A stretch of 61,833 bases of DNA, the filler included, from Nemertoderma westbladi (taxonomy: Eukaryota > Animalia > Xenacoelomorpha), in NCBI GenBank assembly GCA_032718475.1. It is 3 parts of 3 records of this genome, joined end to end, with 100 filler letters (N's around TTAATTAATTAA, not from the genome) between each part and the next. Parts side by side here need not be neighbours in the genome. Positions count along the whole stretch, not along the records: positions 38,852 to 61,833 come from JAUCBJ010006236.1; 2 more parts are not named here. One strand, given 5' to 3'. Under the pieces are notes generated by a model, which saw only the letters and a list, made by a program, of their open reading frames with translations, was not told where the DNA came from and ran no database searches. Each line of letters opens with the position of its first letter. Position 1 is the first letter of the stretch. Made by a program: the position numbers and the translations under genes. Positions 38,852-50,632 of this stretch are shown here, piece after piece.

Positions 38852-41800
38852 CAGGTATTGCGGGCTCTGCTACTCTCCTTATTAGTACCTACTGTAGGCC
38901 GACAGTATAATATTACTCATATACTTTAGGTATCCATATCGCCAGGTATTGCGGGCTCTGCTACTCTCCTTATTAGTACCTACTGTAGGCCGACAGTATA
39001 ATATTCCCCATATACTTTAGGTATCCATATCGCCAGGTATTGCGGGCTCTGCTACTCTCCTTATTAGTACCTACTGTAGGCCGACAGTATAATATTCCTC
39101 ATATACTTTAGGTATCCATATCGCCAGGTATTGCGGGCTCTGCTACTCTCCTTATTAGTACCTACTGTAGGCCGACAGTATAATATTACTCATATACTTT
39201 AGGTATCCATATCGCCAGGTATTGCGGGCTCTGCTACTCTCCTTATTAGTACCTACTGTAGGCCGACACTATAATATTACTCATATACTTTAGGTATCCA
39301 TATCGCCAGGTATTGCGGGCTCTGCTACTCTCATTATTAGTACCTACTGTAGGCCGACAGTATAATATTCCCCATATACTTTAGGTATCCATATCGCCAG
39401 GTATTGCGGGCTCTGCTACTCTCCTTATTAGTACCTACTGTAGGCCGACAGTATAATATTCCCCATATACTTTAGGTATCCATATCGCCAGGTATTGCGG
39501 GCTCTGCTACTCTCCTTATTAGTACCTACTGTAGGCCGACAGTATAATATTACTCATATACTTTAGGTATCCATATCGCCAGGTATTGCGGGCTCTGCTA
39601 CTCTCCCTATTAGTACCTACTGTAGGCCGACACTATAATATTACTCATATACTTTAGGTATCCATATCGCCAGGTATTGCGGGCTCTGCTACTCTCCTTA
39701 TTAGTACCTACTGTAGGCCGACAGTATAATATTCCCCATATACTTTAGGTATCCATATCGCCAGGTATTGCGGGCTCTGCTACTCTCCTTATTAGTACCT
39801 ACTGTAGGCCGACAGTATAATATTACTCATATACTTTAGGTATCCATATCGCCAGGTATTGCGGGCTCTGCTACTCTCCTTATTAGTACCTACTGTAGGC
39901 CGACAGTATAATATTCCCCATATACTTTAGGTATCCATATCGCCAGGTATTGCGGGCTCTGCTACTCTCATTATTAGTACCTACTGTAGGCCGACAGTAT
40001 AATATTCCCCATATACTTTAGGTATCCATATCGCCAGGTATTGCGGGCTCTGCTACTCTCCCTATTAGTACCTACTGTAGGCCGACAGTATAATATTACT
40101 CATATACTTTAGGTATCCATATCGCCAGGTATTGCGGGCTCTGCTACTCTCCTTATTAGTACCTACTGTAGGCCGACAGTATAATATTCCCCATATACTT
40201 TAGGTATCCATATCGCCAGGTATTGCGGGCTCTGCTACTCTCCTTATTAGTACCTACTGTAGGCCGACAGTATAATATTCCCCATATACTTTAGGTATCC
40301 ATATCGCCAGGTATTGCGGGCTCTGCTACTCTCCTTATTAGTACCTACTGTAGGCCGACAGTATAATATTCCCCATATACTTTAGGTGTCCATATCGCCA
40401 GGTATTGCGGGCTCTGCTACTCTCCTTATTAGTACCTACTGTAGGCCGACAGTATAATATTACTCATATACTTTAGGTATCCATATCGCCAGGTATTGCG
40501 GGCTCTGCTACTCTCCTTATTAGTACCTACTGTAGGCCGACAGTATAATATTCCCCATATACTTTAGGTGTCCATATCGCCAGGTATTGCGGGCTCTGCT
40601 ACTCTCCTTATTAGTACCTACTGTAGGCCGACAGTATAATATTACTCATATACTTTAGGTATCCATATCGCCAGGTATTGCGGGCTCTGCTACTCTCCTT
40701 ATTAGTACCTACTGTAGGCCGACAGTATAATATTCCCCATATACTTTAGGTGTCCATATCGCCAGGTATTGCGGGCTCTGCTACTCTCATTATTAGTACC
40801 TACTGTAGGCCGACAGTATAATATTACTCATATACTTTAGGTATCCATATCGCCAGGTATTGCGGGCTCTGCTACTCTCCTTATTAGTACCTACTGTAGG
40901 CCGACAGTATAATATTCCCCATATACTTTAGGTGTCCATATCGCCAGGTATTGCGGGCTCTGCTACTCTCCTTATTAGTACCTACTGTAGGCCGACAGTA
41001 TAATATTACTCATATACTTTAGGTATCCATATCGCCAGGTATTGCGGGCTCTGCTACTCTCCTTATTAGTACCTACTGTAGGCCGACAGTATAATATTCC
41101 CCATATACTTTAGGTGTCCATATCGCCAGGTATTGCGGGCTCTGCTACTCTCCTTATTAGTACCTACTGTAGGCCGACAGTATAATATTCCCCATATACT
41201 TTAGGTATCCATATCGCCAGGTATTGCGGGCTCTGCTACTCTCCTTATTAGTACCTACTGTAGGCCGACAGTATAATATTCCCCATATACTTTAGGTATC
41301 CATATCGCCAGGTATTGCGGGCTCTGCTACTCTCCTTATTAGTACCTACTGTAGGCCGACAGTATAATATTCCCCATATACTTTAGGTGTCCATATCGCC
41401 AGGTATTGCGGGCTCTGCTACTCTCATTATTAGTACCTACTGTAGGCCGACAGTATAATATTACTCATATACTTTAGGTATCCATATCGCCAGGTATTGC
41501 GGGCTCTGCTACTCTCCTTATTAGTACCTACTGTAGGCCGACAGTATAATATTCCCCATATACTTTAGGTGTCCATATCGCCAGGTATTGCGGGCTCTGC
41601 TACTCTCCTTATTAGTACCTACTATAGGCCGTCAGTATAATATTACTCATATACTTTAGGTATCCATATCGCCAGGTATTGCGGGCTCTGCTACTCTCCT
41701 TATTAGTACCTACTGTAGGCCGACAGTATAATATTCCCCATATACTTTAGGTGTCCATATCGCCAGGTATTGCGGGCTCTGCTACTCTCCTTATTAGTAC

Positions 41801-44707
41801 CTACTGTAGGCCGACAGTATAATATTACTCATATACTTTAGGTATCCATATCGCCACGTATTGCGGGCTCTGCTACTCTCCTTATTAGTACCTACTGTAG
41901 GCCGACAGTATAATATTACTCATATACTTTAGGTATCCATATCGCCAGGTATTGCGGGCTCTGCTACTCTCATTATTAGTACCTACTGTAGGCCGACAGT
42001 ATAATATTACTCATATACTTTAGGTGTCCATATCGCCAGGTATTGCGGGCTCTGCTACTCTCATTATTAGTACCTACTGTAGGCCGACAGTATAATATTA
42101 CTCATATACTTTAGGTATCCATATCGCCAGGTATTGCGGGCTCTGCTACTCTCCTTATTAGTACCTACTGTAGGCCGACAGTATAATATTCCCCATATAC
42201 TTTAGGTGTCCATATCGCCAGGTATTGCGGGCTCTGCTACTCTCCTTATTAGTACCTACTGTAGGCCGACAGTATAATATTACTCATATACTTTAGGTAT
42301 CCATATCGCCAGGTATTGCGGGCTCTGCTACTCTCCTTATTAGTACCTACTGTAGGCCGACAGTATAATATTCCCCATATACTTTAGGTGTCCATATCGC
42401 CAGGTATTGCGGGCTCTGCTACTCTCATTATTAGTACCTACTGTAGGCCGACAGTATAATATTCCCCATATACTTTAGGTATCCATATCGCCAGGTATTG
42501 CGGGCTCTGCTACTCTCCTTATTAGTACCTACTGTAGGCCGACAGTATAATATTCCCCATATACTTTAGGTATCCATATCGCCAGGTATTGCGGGCTCTG
42601 CTACTCTCCTTATTAGTACCTACTGTAGGCCGACAGTATAATATTCCCCATATACTTTAGGTGTCCATATCGCCAGGTATTGCGGGCTCTGCTACTCTCA
42701 TTATTAGTACCTACTGTAGGCCGACAGTATAATATTACTCATATACTTTAGGTATCCATATCGCCAGGTATTGCGGGCTCTGCTACTCTCCTTATTAGTA
42801 CCTACTGTAGGCCGACAGTATAATATTCCCCATATACTTTAGGTGTCCATATCGCCAGGTATTGCGGGCTCTGCTACTCTCCTTATTAGTACCTACTATA
42901 GGCCGTCAGTATAATATTACTCATATACTTTAGGTATCCATATCGCCAGGTATTGCGGGCTCTGCTACTCTCCTTATTAGTACCTACTGTAGGCCGACAG
43001 TATAATATTCCCCATATACTTTAGGTGTCCATATCGCCAGGTATTGCGGGCTCTGCTACTCTCCTTATTAGTACCTACTGTAGGCCGACAGTATAATATT
43101 ACTCATATACTTTAGGTATCCATATCGCCACGTATTGCGGGCTCTGCTACTCTCCTTATTAGTACCTACTGTAGGCCGACAGTATAATATTACTCATATA
43201 CTTTAGGTATCCATATCGCCAGGTATTGCGGGCTCTGCTACTCTCATTATTAGTACCTACTGTAGGCCGACAGTATAATATTACTCATATACTTTAGGTA
43301 TCCATATCGCCACGTATTGCGGGCTCTGCTACTCTCCTTATTAGTACCTACTGTAGGCCGACAGTATAATATTACTCATATACTTTAGGTATCCATATCG
43401 CCAGGTATTGCGGGCTCTGCTACTCTCCTTATTAGTACCTACTGTAGGCCGACAGTATAATATTACTCATATACTTTAGGTATCCATATCGCCAGGTATT
43501 GCGGGCTCTGCTACTCTCCTTATTAGTACCTACTGTAGGCCGACAGTATAATATTCCCCATATACTTTAGGTATCCATATCGCCAGGTATTGCGGGCTCT
43601 GCTACTCTCCTTATTAGTACCTACTGTAGGCCGACACTATAATATTACTCATATACTTTAGGTATCCATATCGCCAGGTATTGCGGGCTCTGCTACTCTC
43701 CTTATTAGTACCTACTGTAGGCCGACAGTATAATATTACTCATATACTTTAGGTATCCATATCGCCAGGTATTGCGGGCTCTGCTACTCTCCTTATTAGT
43801 ACCTACTGTAGGCCGACACTATAATATTACTCATATACTTTAGGTATCCATATCGCCAGGTATTGCGGGCTCTGCTACTCTCATTATTAGTACCTACTGT
43901 AGGGCGACAGTATAATATTACTCATATACTTTAGGTATCCATATCGCCAGGTATTGCGGGCTCTGCTACTCTCCTTATTAGTACCTACTGTAGGCCGACA
44001 GTATAATATTACTCATATACTTTAGGTATCCATATCGCCAGGTATTGCGGGCTCTGCTACTCTCCTTATTAGTACCTACTGTAGGCCGACAGTATAATAT
44101 TACTCATATACTTTAGGTATCCATATCGCCAGGTATTGCGGGCTCTGCTACTCTCCTTATTAGTACCTACTGTAGGCCGACAGTATAATATTACTCATAT
44201 ACTTTAGGTATCCATATCGCCAGGTATTGCGGGCTCTGCTACTCTCCTTATTAGTACCTACTGTAGGCCGACACTATAATATTACTCATATACTTTAGGT
44301 ATCCATATCGCCAGGTATTGCGGGCTCTGCTACTCTCCTTATTAGTACCTACTGTAGGCCGCCAGTATAATATTCCCCATATACTTTAGGTGTCCATATC
44401 GCCAGGTATTGCGGGCTCTGCTACTCTCCTTATTAGTACTGTACCTACTGTAGGCCGACAGTATAATATTACTCATATACTTTAGGTGTCCATATCGCCA
44501 GGTATTGCGGGCTCTGCTACTCTCATTATTAGTACCTACTGTAGGCCGACAGTATAATATTACTCATATACTTTAGGTATCCATATCGCCAGGTATTGCG
44601 GGCTCTGCTACTCTCCTTATTAGTACCTACTGTAGGCCGACAGTATAATATTACTCATATACTTTAGGTATCCATATCGCCAGGTATTGCGGGCTCTGCT
44701 ACTCTCC
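38852..44707 (+). repeat. 91-bp tandem array (64 acceptor copies visible, running into the gap) made from an intron 3' end plus the exon start of the clavesin-like gene
   Basis: Unit gtatccatatcgccaggtattgcgggctctgctactctcc-ttattagtacctactgtaggccgacagtataatattactcatatactttag. The last copy continues as coding exon 44668-44797. Confidence 0.97.
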
Positions 44708-46768
44708 CTTGAGAAGATTTCCGACGATTCGGTAAATTGTTTGTTGCCATACAAAGTCGTGTTCATCGTCGATTTCGTTTCTTTTACATTCGATCAGGTG
44801 ATTACGCCATCTAGTGGGTGATTGTCGCATTGAATTATAATTTTAAATATTGCAGTATATCGGTAGGCCAAAAGTTATAAGGCCCTATGAAGATGAAGTA
44901 ACGCAATTTTTATAATATTACAGTACGCGGGGTGTTTTAAATTATTTGTAATGTGCCATATTGGAATATAATGCGCTAAACGCTACACTTGCTGCCTATA
45001 ATGTCAAGTAATATTGACAATTTATACAAAAGATATAGGCCTTCAAAGACATGTAAAAGTACAATTTACAAATCTAATGTAAGAAATATATCATAAGAAA
45101 TAATTATTACGTTTTAGAATTTATCACGATCAATAATTCGGTATTATATTAATTTAGCTGAATTATTATTATATTTATCAATATTTTTCTACTTTTTAAT
45201 TTCGTAGGCCAATATATTTTTCCTATCTTTCATTTCGTTTTAATTATTTTAGGCTAAAGAACTAACAGTGCGGGAACTGAAACTAACTGTAGACGCCCTT
45301 GAAGATAGTCTACCAATAGTTATAGATGAAGTTCATCTAATAAACCCGCCGTGGTTTATGCAGGCGGCGTTGGCTATGATTAGGCCATTTCTAAACACCA
45401 GATCCAAAGAAAAGGTTAGAATTCTGGTGGTACACCACAATTCCATAAAGTTTGCCACGGAGTTGGTGTAGTTTACCGCTATTCGCTCACTATTCGGCGT
45501 TTGCAGTGGTACCATACCGAATGCCCATCGGCACATTATGCCTAATTGCACAATATAATGCACATAGAATGCATTTAAACTAACTATTTTGCCTCAAGTT
45601 TTCGAACAACCTCTCCAGTCTGCATAAACTCATATTTGTTTTAGATTCACAAACATTCGAACAACCTCTCCAGTCTGCATAAACTCATATTTGTTTTAGA
45701 TTCACAAACATTCGAACAACCTCTCCAGTCTGCATAAACTCCTATTTGTTTTAGATTCACAAACATTCGAACAACCTCTCCAGTCTGCATAAACTCATAT
45801 TTGTTTTAGATTCACAAACATTCGAACAACCTCTCCAGTCTGCATAAACTCCTATTTGTTTTAGATTCACAAACATTCGAACAACCTCTCCAGTCTGCAT
45901 AAACTCATATTTGTTTTAGATTCACAAACATTCGAACAACCTCTCCAGTCTGCATAAACTCATATTTGTTTTAGATTCACAAACATTCGAACAACCTCTC
46001 CAGTCTGCATAAACTCATATTTGTTTTAGATTCACAAACATTCGAACAACCTCTCCAGTCTGCATAAACTCATATTTGTTTTAGATTCACAAACATTCGA
46101 ACAACCTCTCCAGTTTGCATAAACTCATATTTGTTTTAGATTCACAAACATTCGAACAACCTCTCCAGTCTGCATAAACTCCTATTTGTTTTAGATTCAC
46201 AAACTTTCGAACAACCTCTCCAGTCTGCATAAACTCCTATTTGTTTTAGATTCACAAACATTCGAACAACCTCTCCAGTCTGCATAAACTCATATTTGTT
46301 TTAGATTCACAAACATTCGAACAACCTCTCCAGTCTGCATAAACTCCTATTTGTTTTAGATTCACAAACATTCGAACAACCTCTCCAGTCTGCATAAACT
46401 CCTATTTGTTTTAGATTCACAAACATTCGAACAACCTCTCCAGTCTGCATAAACTCCTATTTGTTTTAGATTCACAAACATTCGAACAACCTCTCCAGTC
46501 TGCATAAACTCCTATTTGTTTTAGATTCACAAACATTCGAACAACCTCTCCAGTCTGCATAAACTCCTATTTGTTTTAGATTCACAAACATTCGAACAAC
46601 CTCTCCAGTCTGCATAAACTCCTACCGCGAGAGAATTTACCGGCTGATTTGGGGGGCCTTCGGCCGCCGTGTCAGCAGGATGCGTGGGCGTGGAGACTGA
46701 TATATAGCCAATACTGGGTTCCCAATAGCCAAAGAACAGAGGACGAAAAGCCCATATGGGAAGCCTAA
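44668..46768 (+). CDS. Clavesin/CRALBP (RLBP1)-like CRAL-TRIO lipid-binding protein, last three exons (44668-44797, 45253-45414, 46580-46768); 5' exons not visible
   Basis: Spliced YPYRQVLRALLLSLEKISDDSVNCLLPYKVVFIVDFVSFTFDQ|AKELTVRELKLTVDALEDSLPIVIDEVHLINPPWFMQAALAMIRPFLNTRSKEK|IHKHSNNLSSLHKLLPRENLPADLGGLRPP...WEA* is colinear with recalled clavesin motifs (LRAILLSLE, VHFVNQPW, KPFL, NNLNSLH, LPSEFGG). Confidence 0.88.
45601..46624 (+). repeat. 55-bp tandem array (18 acceptor copies) made from the terminal-exon acceptor junction of the clavesin-like gene
   Basis: Unit tttgttttag|attcacaaacattcgaacaacctctccagtctgcataaactc(c/a)ta. The last copy opens the final exon at 46580. Confidence 0.97.
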
Positions 46769-49019
46769 CCCTCTATAACTTTGTAAACGATGTCTAGGCC
46801 TACTGCATGTTGTACTGTACAGTAGTAGTAAAATTAAAATCTGTTGTAAGCCAGCCGCATTTTGTTTTGTATGTCATTCGTCATTGGCTTATTATTTTAT
46901 TCCAAAATTAAACATTACTTTACACAACTAGTATTGACATCGGAAACATGGGGGAATATTGACGCAAATCTCATCTTAGTAAATTAAGATGATTAATTAT
47001 CAATTTATGGAAAGGAACAGGTTACATTGGCTATTGGCATGGTATTCTACCATAAAAGCAGTCATTGACTGTTTACAGTTTCATTTTTCGAACGGAGATT
47101 GGACGCGTAAATAAACACTCTCGTGAGTAAAGTTTGCTCTGCGGACCCATTTTGCTTGGCCAGCAAGATTCACATTTCCCGTTAATTCAGTGACACTGAG
47201 GCTTTGGGGCTAGGGTTACAGTTTGGGCTTCTCAGAGCGAACTCTTTATGTTTATACGGGGTGTTAGAATACCATTGAGTTTTATCGGTTTTTGCGACAC
47301 GTCTGGGGTGAGCGAGGTGAGCGTCTCGAAGGGAGACGATCTGAATGGTTATTTTTAAAAAATTCTTACAAATTAATGATTGAGAATTGTTTGTGATTAT
47401 GAAACGTATTAAATTATATTGGATAATTTAAATTATATATACTCATTGTTTGGTTTCATACTTATGAGGCTAATATTATATTCATAAATAATTATAATTC
47501 ATACATAAACACAATATTATAGAATATAGTGTATTAATTAAATATATTAAATAACCTGCAGCGGAAATAAAAACATGCAGTTTTCTTATACGGCGCACTA
47601 TTCAGCTTTTATGAACCTTGTGTATTTATGTATACCTTCCTCGCAGCGCTCGCTCGGTTCACAAATACACTCAAATTTTCATTTCACACAATGTTATAAA
47701 TAGTTATTGTTATACGGGTGAATGAGAGGGTGAATGAATAATGAGCTCATGAATCCGCAATATCAACGGGAAAAATTCGGACCAGTTTACCCGTTGTTTC
47801 CGAATCCGTGTTGGTTTTTAACAAATCCATTGGCAGTAATTTTAACATAATGTAGGTGTGACCGCAAATCTAAGGGCACCACCCTAAGGTTTGTCGCAAT
47901 TTTAGTTACTTTAGAGGAAGAGTTTATTACAGTAGTTAGTCCCTGTAATACTATATTTAATATTACATGGTTAGTCCTATTCAGACTGTTGGCGCTATTT
48001 TTCTGATGTTGAGGTGGTTGCAGTCGACATTGATGGTGCCTCTCCGGGAGGAATTTTTCCCCTGTAGCGACCACCGGGCCGCCCTCCTCTTGCTCCTTAT
48101 CATCTCCTCTAAATAAGGATACTCAATTATGTTTCATATATAAACTTTCAGGTCTCTGTCGGTATGATAGGTCTGTTTCATTACTTGGGATAGCAACCTG
48201 CCTGATTATATAATTTCCTACCCGCAGACTCTCTTTGTTTGTTATAATACTTTTTCTAATTGTTTTTTGGAAAATGGCCTTTCTCAATTACAACTCGTGC
48301 CCTCCTATTTAGGTAATGTGTTAGTCCAAGTATTTTTGAATCAATTATTGTTGCTGACATTTTTACTTACCAACCGTTCTCCAAAAGCGACCATACTGTA
48401 TTTCTGTCTACTTCAGTGTTGTCTGTCAAAATTTTATTATTAATTAATTTTATTAAATTCTATTCAGATTTGTATATTGGTTTTAAAAATTCTGATAATG
48501 TTGGTTTTTCTATTTATTTAAATAATTTTATATTTAACTGCAAATCAATATATAATATATACTGTGTCAATGATATACTAGGAAATTTGTGAAGGTGCAC
48601 TCAAACGGGCATCTCGAAATTTCTCCCTAGGGTGTCTCTAAAGCCGCAATTAAAAATAAAATTATTACCATCGTAAAAAGCAAAAAGCGGCAGTGGCGGC
48701 GCAGACCCACCCGTAGCCGTATCAACAAATACAAACTTTGCGCTAAGTTGGCCTCCAAAGAAAGCGGCACACAGGGGAGCCGAAAGAACTTTTCATGCCG
48801 AAAGTAAGATTCTTAACTCTTGTAAATCATAACACACTATTCAAATAAATGTTAATTCTAGGCGTATATAAGGCTTGGATTCCAGGCCTTTAACATAATG
48901 GTGAGATGATTATTTTCGACAAAACATAAAAGCTGATATTTATCACGGATCTTAAAGATTTACAATGGATATCAAATTTTACCGAATATTCCACTCTTTA
49001 ATGGTTCTTCTATCAGTTC

Positions 49020-49300
49020 AGTGAATTTAAATCCCGCTGCCGTTTTGGCCATGTTGCGTAATCTGAAACCCAAATCTAGCAGCACACCGGACTGTTCTTC
49101 TTCACAAACTTTCGTGTGAGTTAGCAGGGCCCTCTTTCTATTATTTATTATTTTTAATGTTTCTTTTTTGACGCACTCATCACCGACTATTTGGCACTCA
49201 GCATTCATAGTACCTATATTTAAGAAAGGCAACGGCAATGACCCCTATTGTTAATGACCAGTTTCTTGCACGTGTATTTCTTGCAAAGTTTTACAAACAA
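49020..49300 (+). pseudogene. Degenerate non-LTR RT fragment (CR1/Jockey-like)
   Basis: Disrupted translation ...LRNLKPKSS.TPD...WHSAFIVPIFKKGNGNDP..**PVSCTCISCKVL resembles the RT N-terminus. Confidence 0.55.
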
Positions 49301-49759
49301 ATTAACACAAATTTATATCTAAAAGTTAACATGGATAAGAATTAAGAATCAAGATAGATATTCGCGCAACTTTCCGAATGCACTAGTGACTTGTTTAAAA
49401 TGGTCGACGCCCAGAAAACTATTGACAGTGTTTACATTAAGCGTTGCAATCTACCCGAAAATAATCTATCCCGGCTTTCGCATCTTAAATTGGAATCTTT
49501 AGAATAACGTACTGCACCGGTAAAATCAAATTTGACTCTTTTGGCAAAGTAAAAAATCACATATTTTTAAATCTTGATGATTAATTCGTGCTCTAATTAT
49601 CCTCCATCCCTACACAGTTACCAGTCGCCTTAAGGCCTGTTGTTTAGATGGCCCTAATATTTTTATAATTTATTATTGGATTAAATATTGGTGCTTTGGG
49701 GAATGAGTTAGTGTTTCATTTCATATTTTATTATAACTTTCTTTGGACACAGCTTTGTA

Positions 49760-49833
49760 ATTCCGGGTGGGATCGAACTGGTGACCTCCAGGATGGAAGT
49801 CTGACGCTCTAACCATTCAGCTAGCGGCTCAGG
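49760..49833 (-). mobile_element. tRNA-derived SINE head
   Basis: The minus strand reads cctgagccgctagctgaatggttagagcgtcagacttccatcctggaggtcaccagttcgatcccacccgg, with A and B boxes. Confidence 0.6.
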
Positions 49834-50061
49834 TAAAATATAGACCTGGAAATACTATCTGATACCTTGTATATCCGCAATTTACCTCCTCATGGCAACC
49901 AATCTTTTAATACCATCATATGCTGCCACTGTGCTCAACCCTACAGTGCTTGGCCGTCTTTAACAACTCGCTACACTGAAAGGGTAGTCTAGTCATATTA
50001 ACCATCACGGCCACAATAATTAATTATACACTCTAACAGTCATACTACAGTTAGTACTAAA

Positions 50062-50316
50062 GAATGGTTAGAGCGTCAAATCTTCAGATGGGGGGACAAA
50101 ATTAATCCCTCTCCTGGGGAAAATCGCCTCAAATAACAGCTGATTACACCCAAAAATAAAACTGTAACCTTTGACTTAAAGTTCATTGTTTTGGTTAGAA
50201 TAACGTTCATCTGTAACCTGCTCCTTTTCCCTTAAATTGATAATTTAACATTGAGGAATATTAATTCGCCGAGATGGCTTCAAATTTCCAACCCGGGGGT
50301 TCCCAGTTCGATCCCA
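50062..50316 (+). mobile_element. SINE head split by a ~200-bp insertion (50082-50279) related to 26446-26650
   Basis: The A-box half and B-box half are separated by an insert flanked by duplicated tcaaat. Confidence 0.55.
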
Positions 50317-50632
50317 TCGTATTTTGTGTTTTGCCAAGCTGTGTGCCTAATAATATTGTACAGTATAAAGCCCAAAGCCCAACGAATGATATAATGATAT
50401 TTATTTTTTGTCAGTTCAATGCATGACGTTTTATTTAGATCGAGACTATCCAATGCCACGTGCTGACTGCACGCTGCACACAGATCTGCGTTCTAACATC
50501 AGGACGTTGTGCTGTTGTGTTATACTGTTATACCATCGGTTTCTCTTTGGTCGGTGTCTTATCGCTACCGGAACTCTGTTACTTACCCGTATAGCAGTAG
50601 GCCTACCTGTTATCAGTTACTTTCTTAGATCT

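Noticed and set aside
38852-46624. CRISPR array interpretation of the 91-bp and 55-bp repeats (also the 46-bp repeat at 7168)
   Set aside because: There are no unique spacers and no cas genes, the context is eukaryotic, and the 91-bp and 55-bp units derive from splice junctions.
49760-49833. Functional tRNA genes at 27249, 28915 and 49760
   Set aside because: Acceptor stems do not pair and copies are diverged with shared flanks, which fits SINE heads.
50408-50632. N-terminal ORF extension of PREP (likewise Eph 57855-58052)
   Set aside because: Non-ATG starts and non-homologous sequence; the family N-termini begin at the downstream ATGs.
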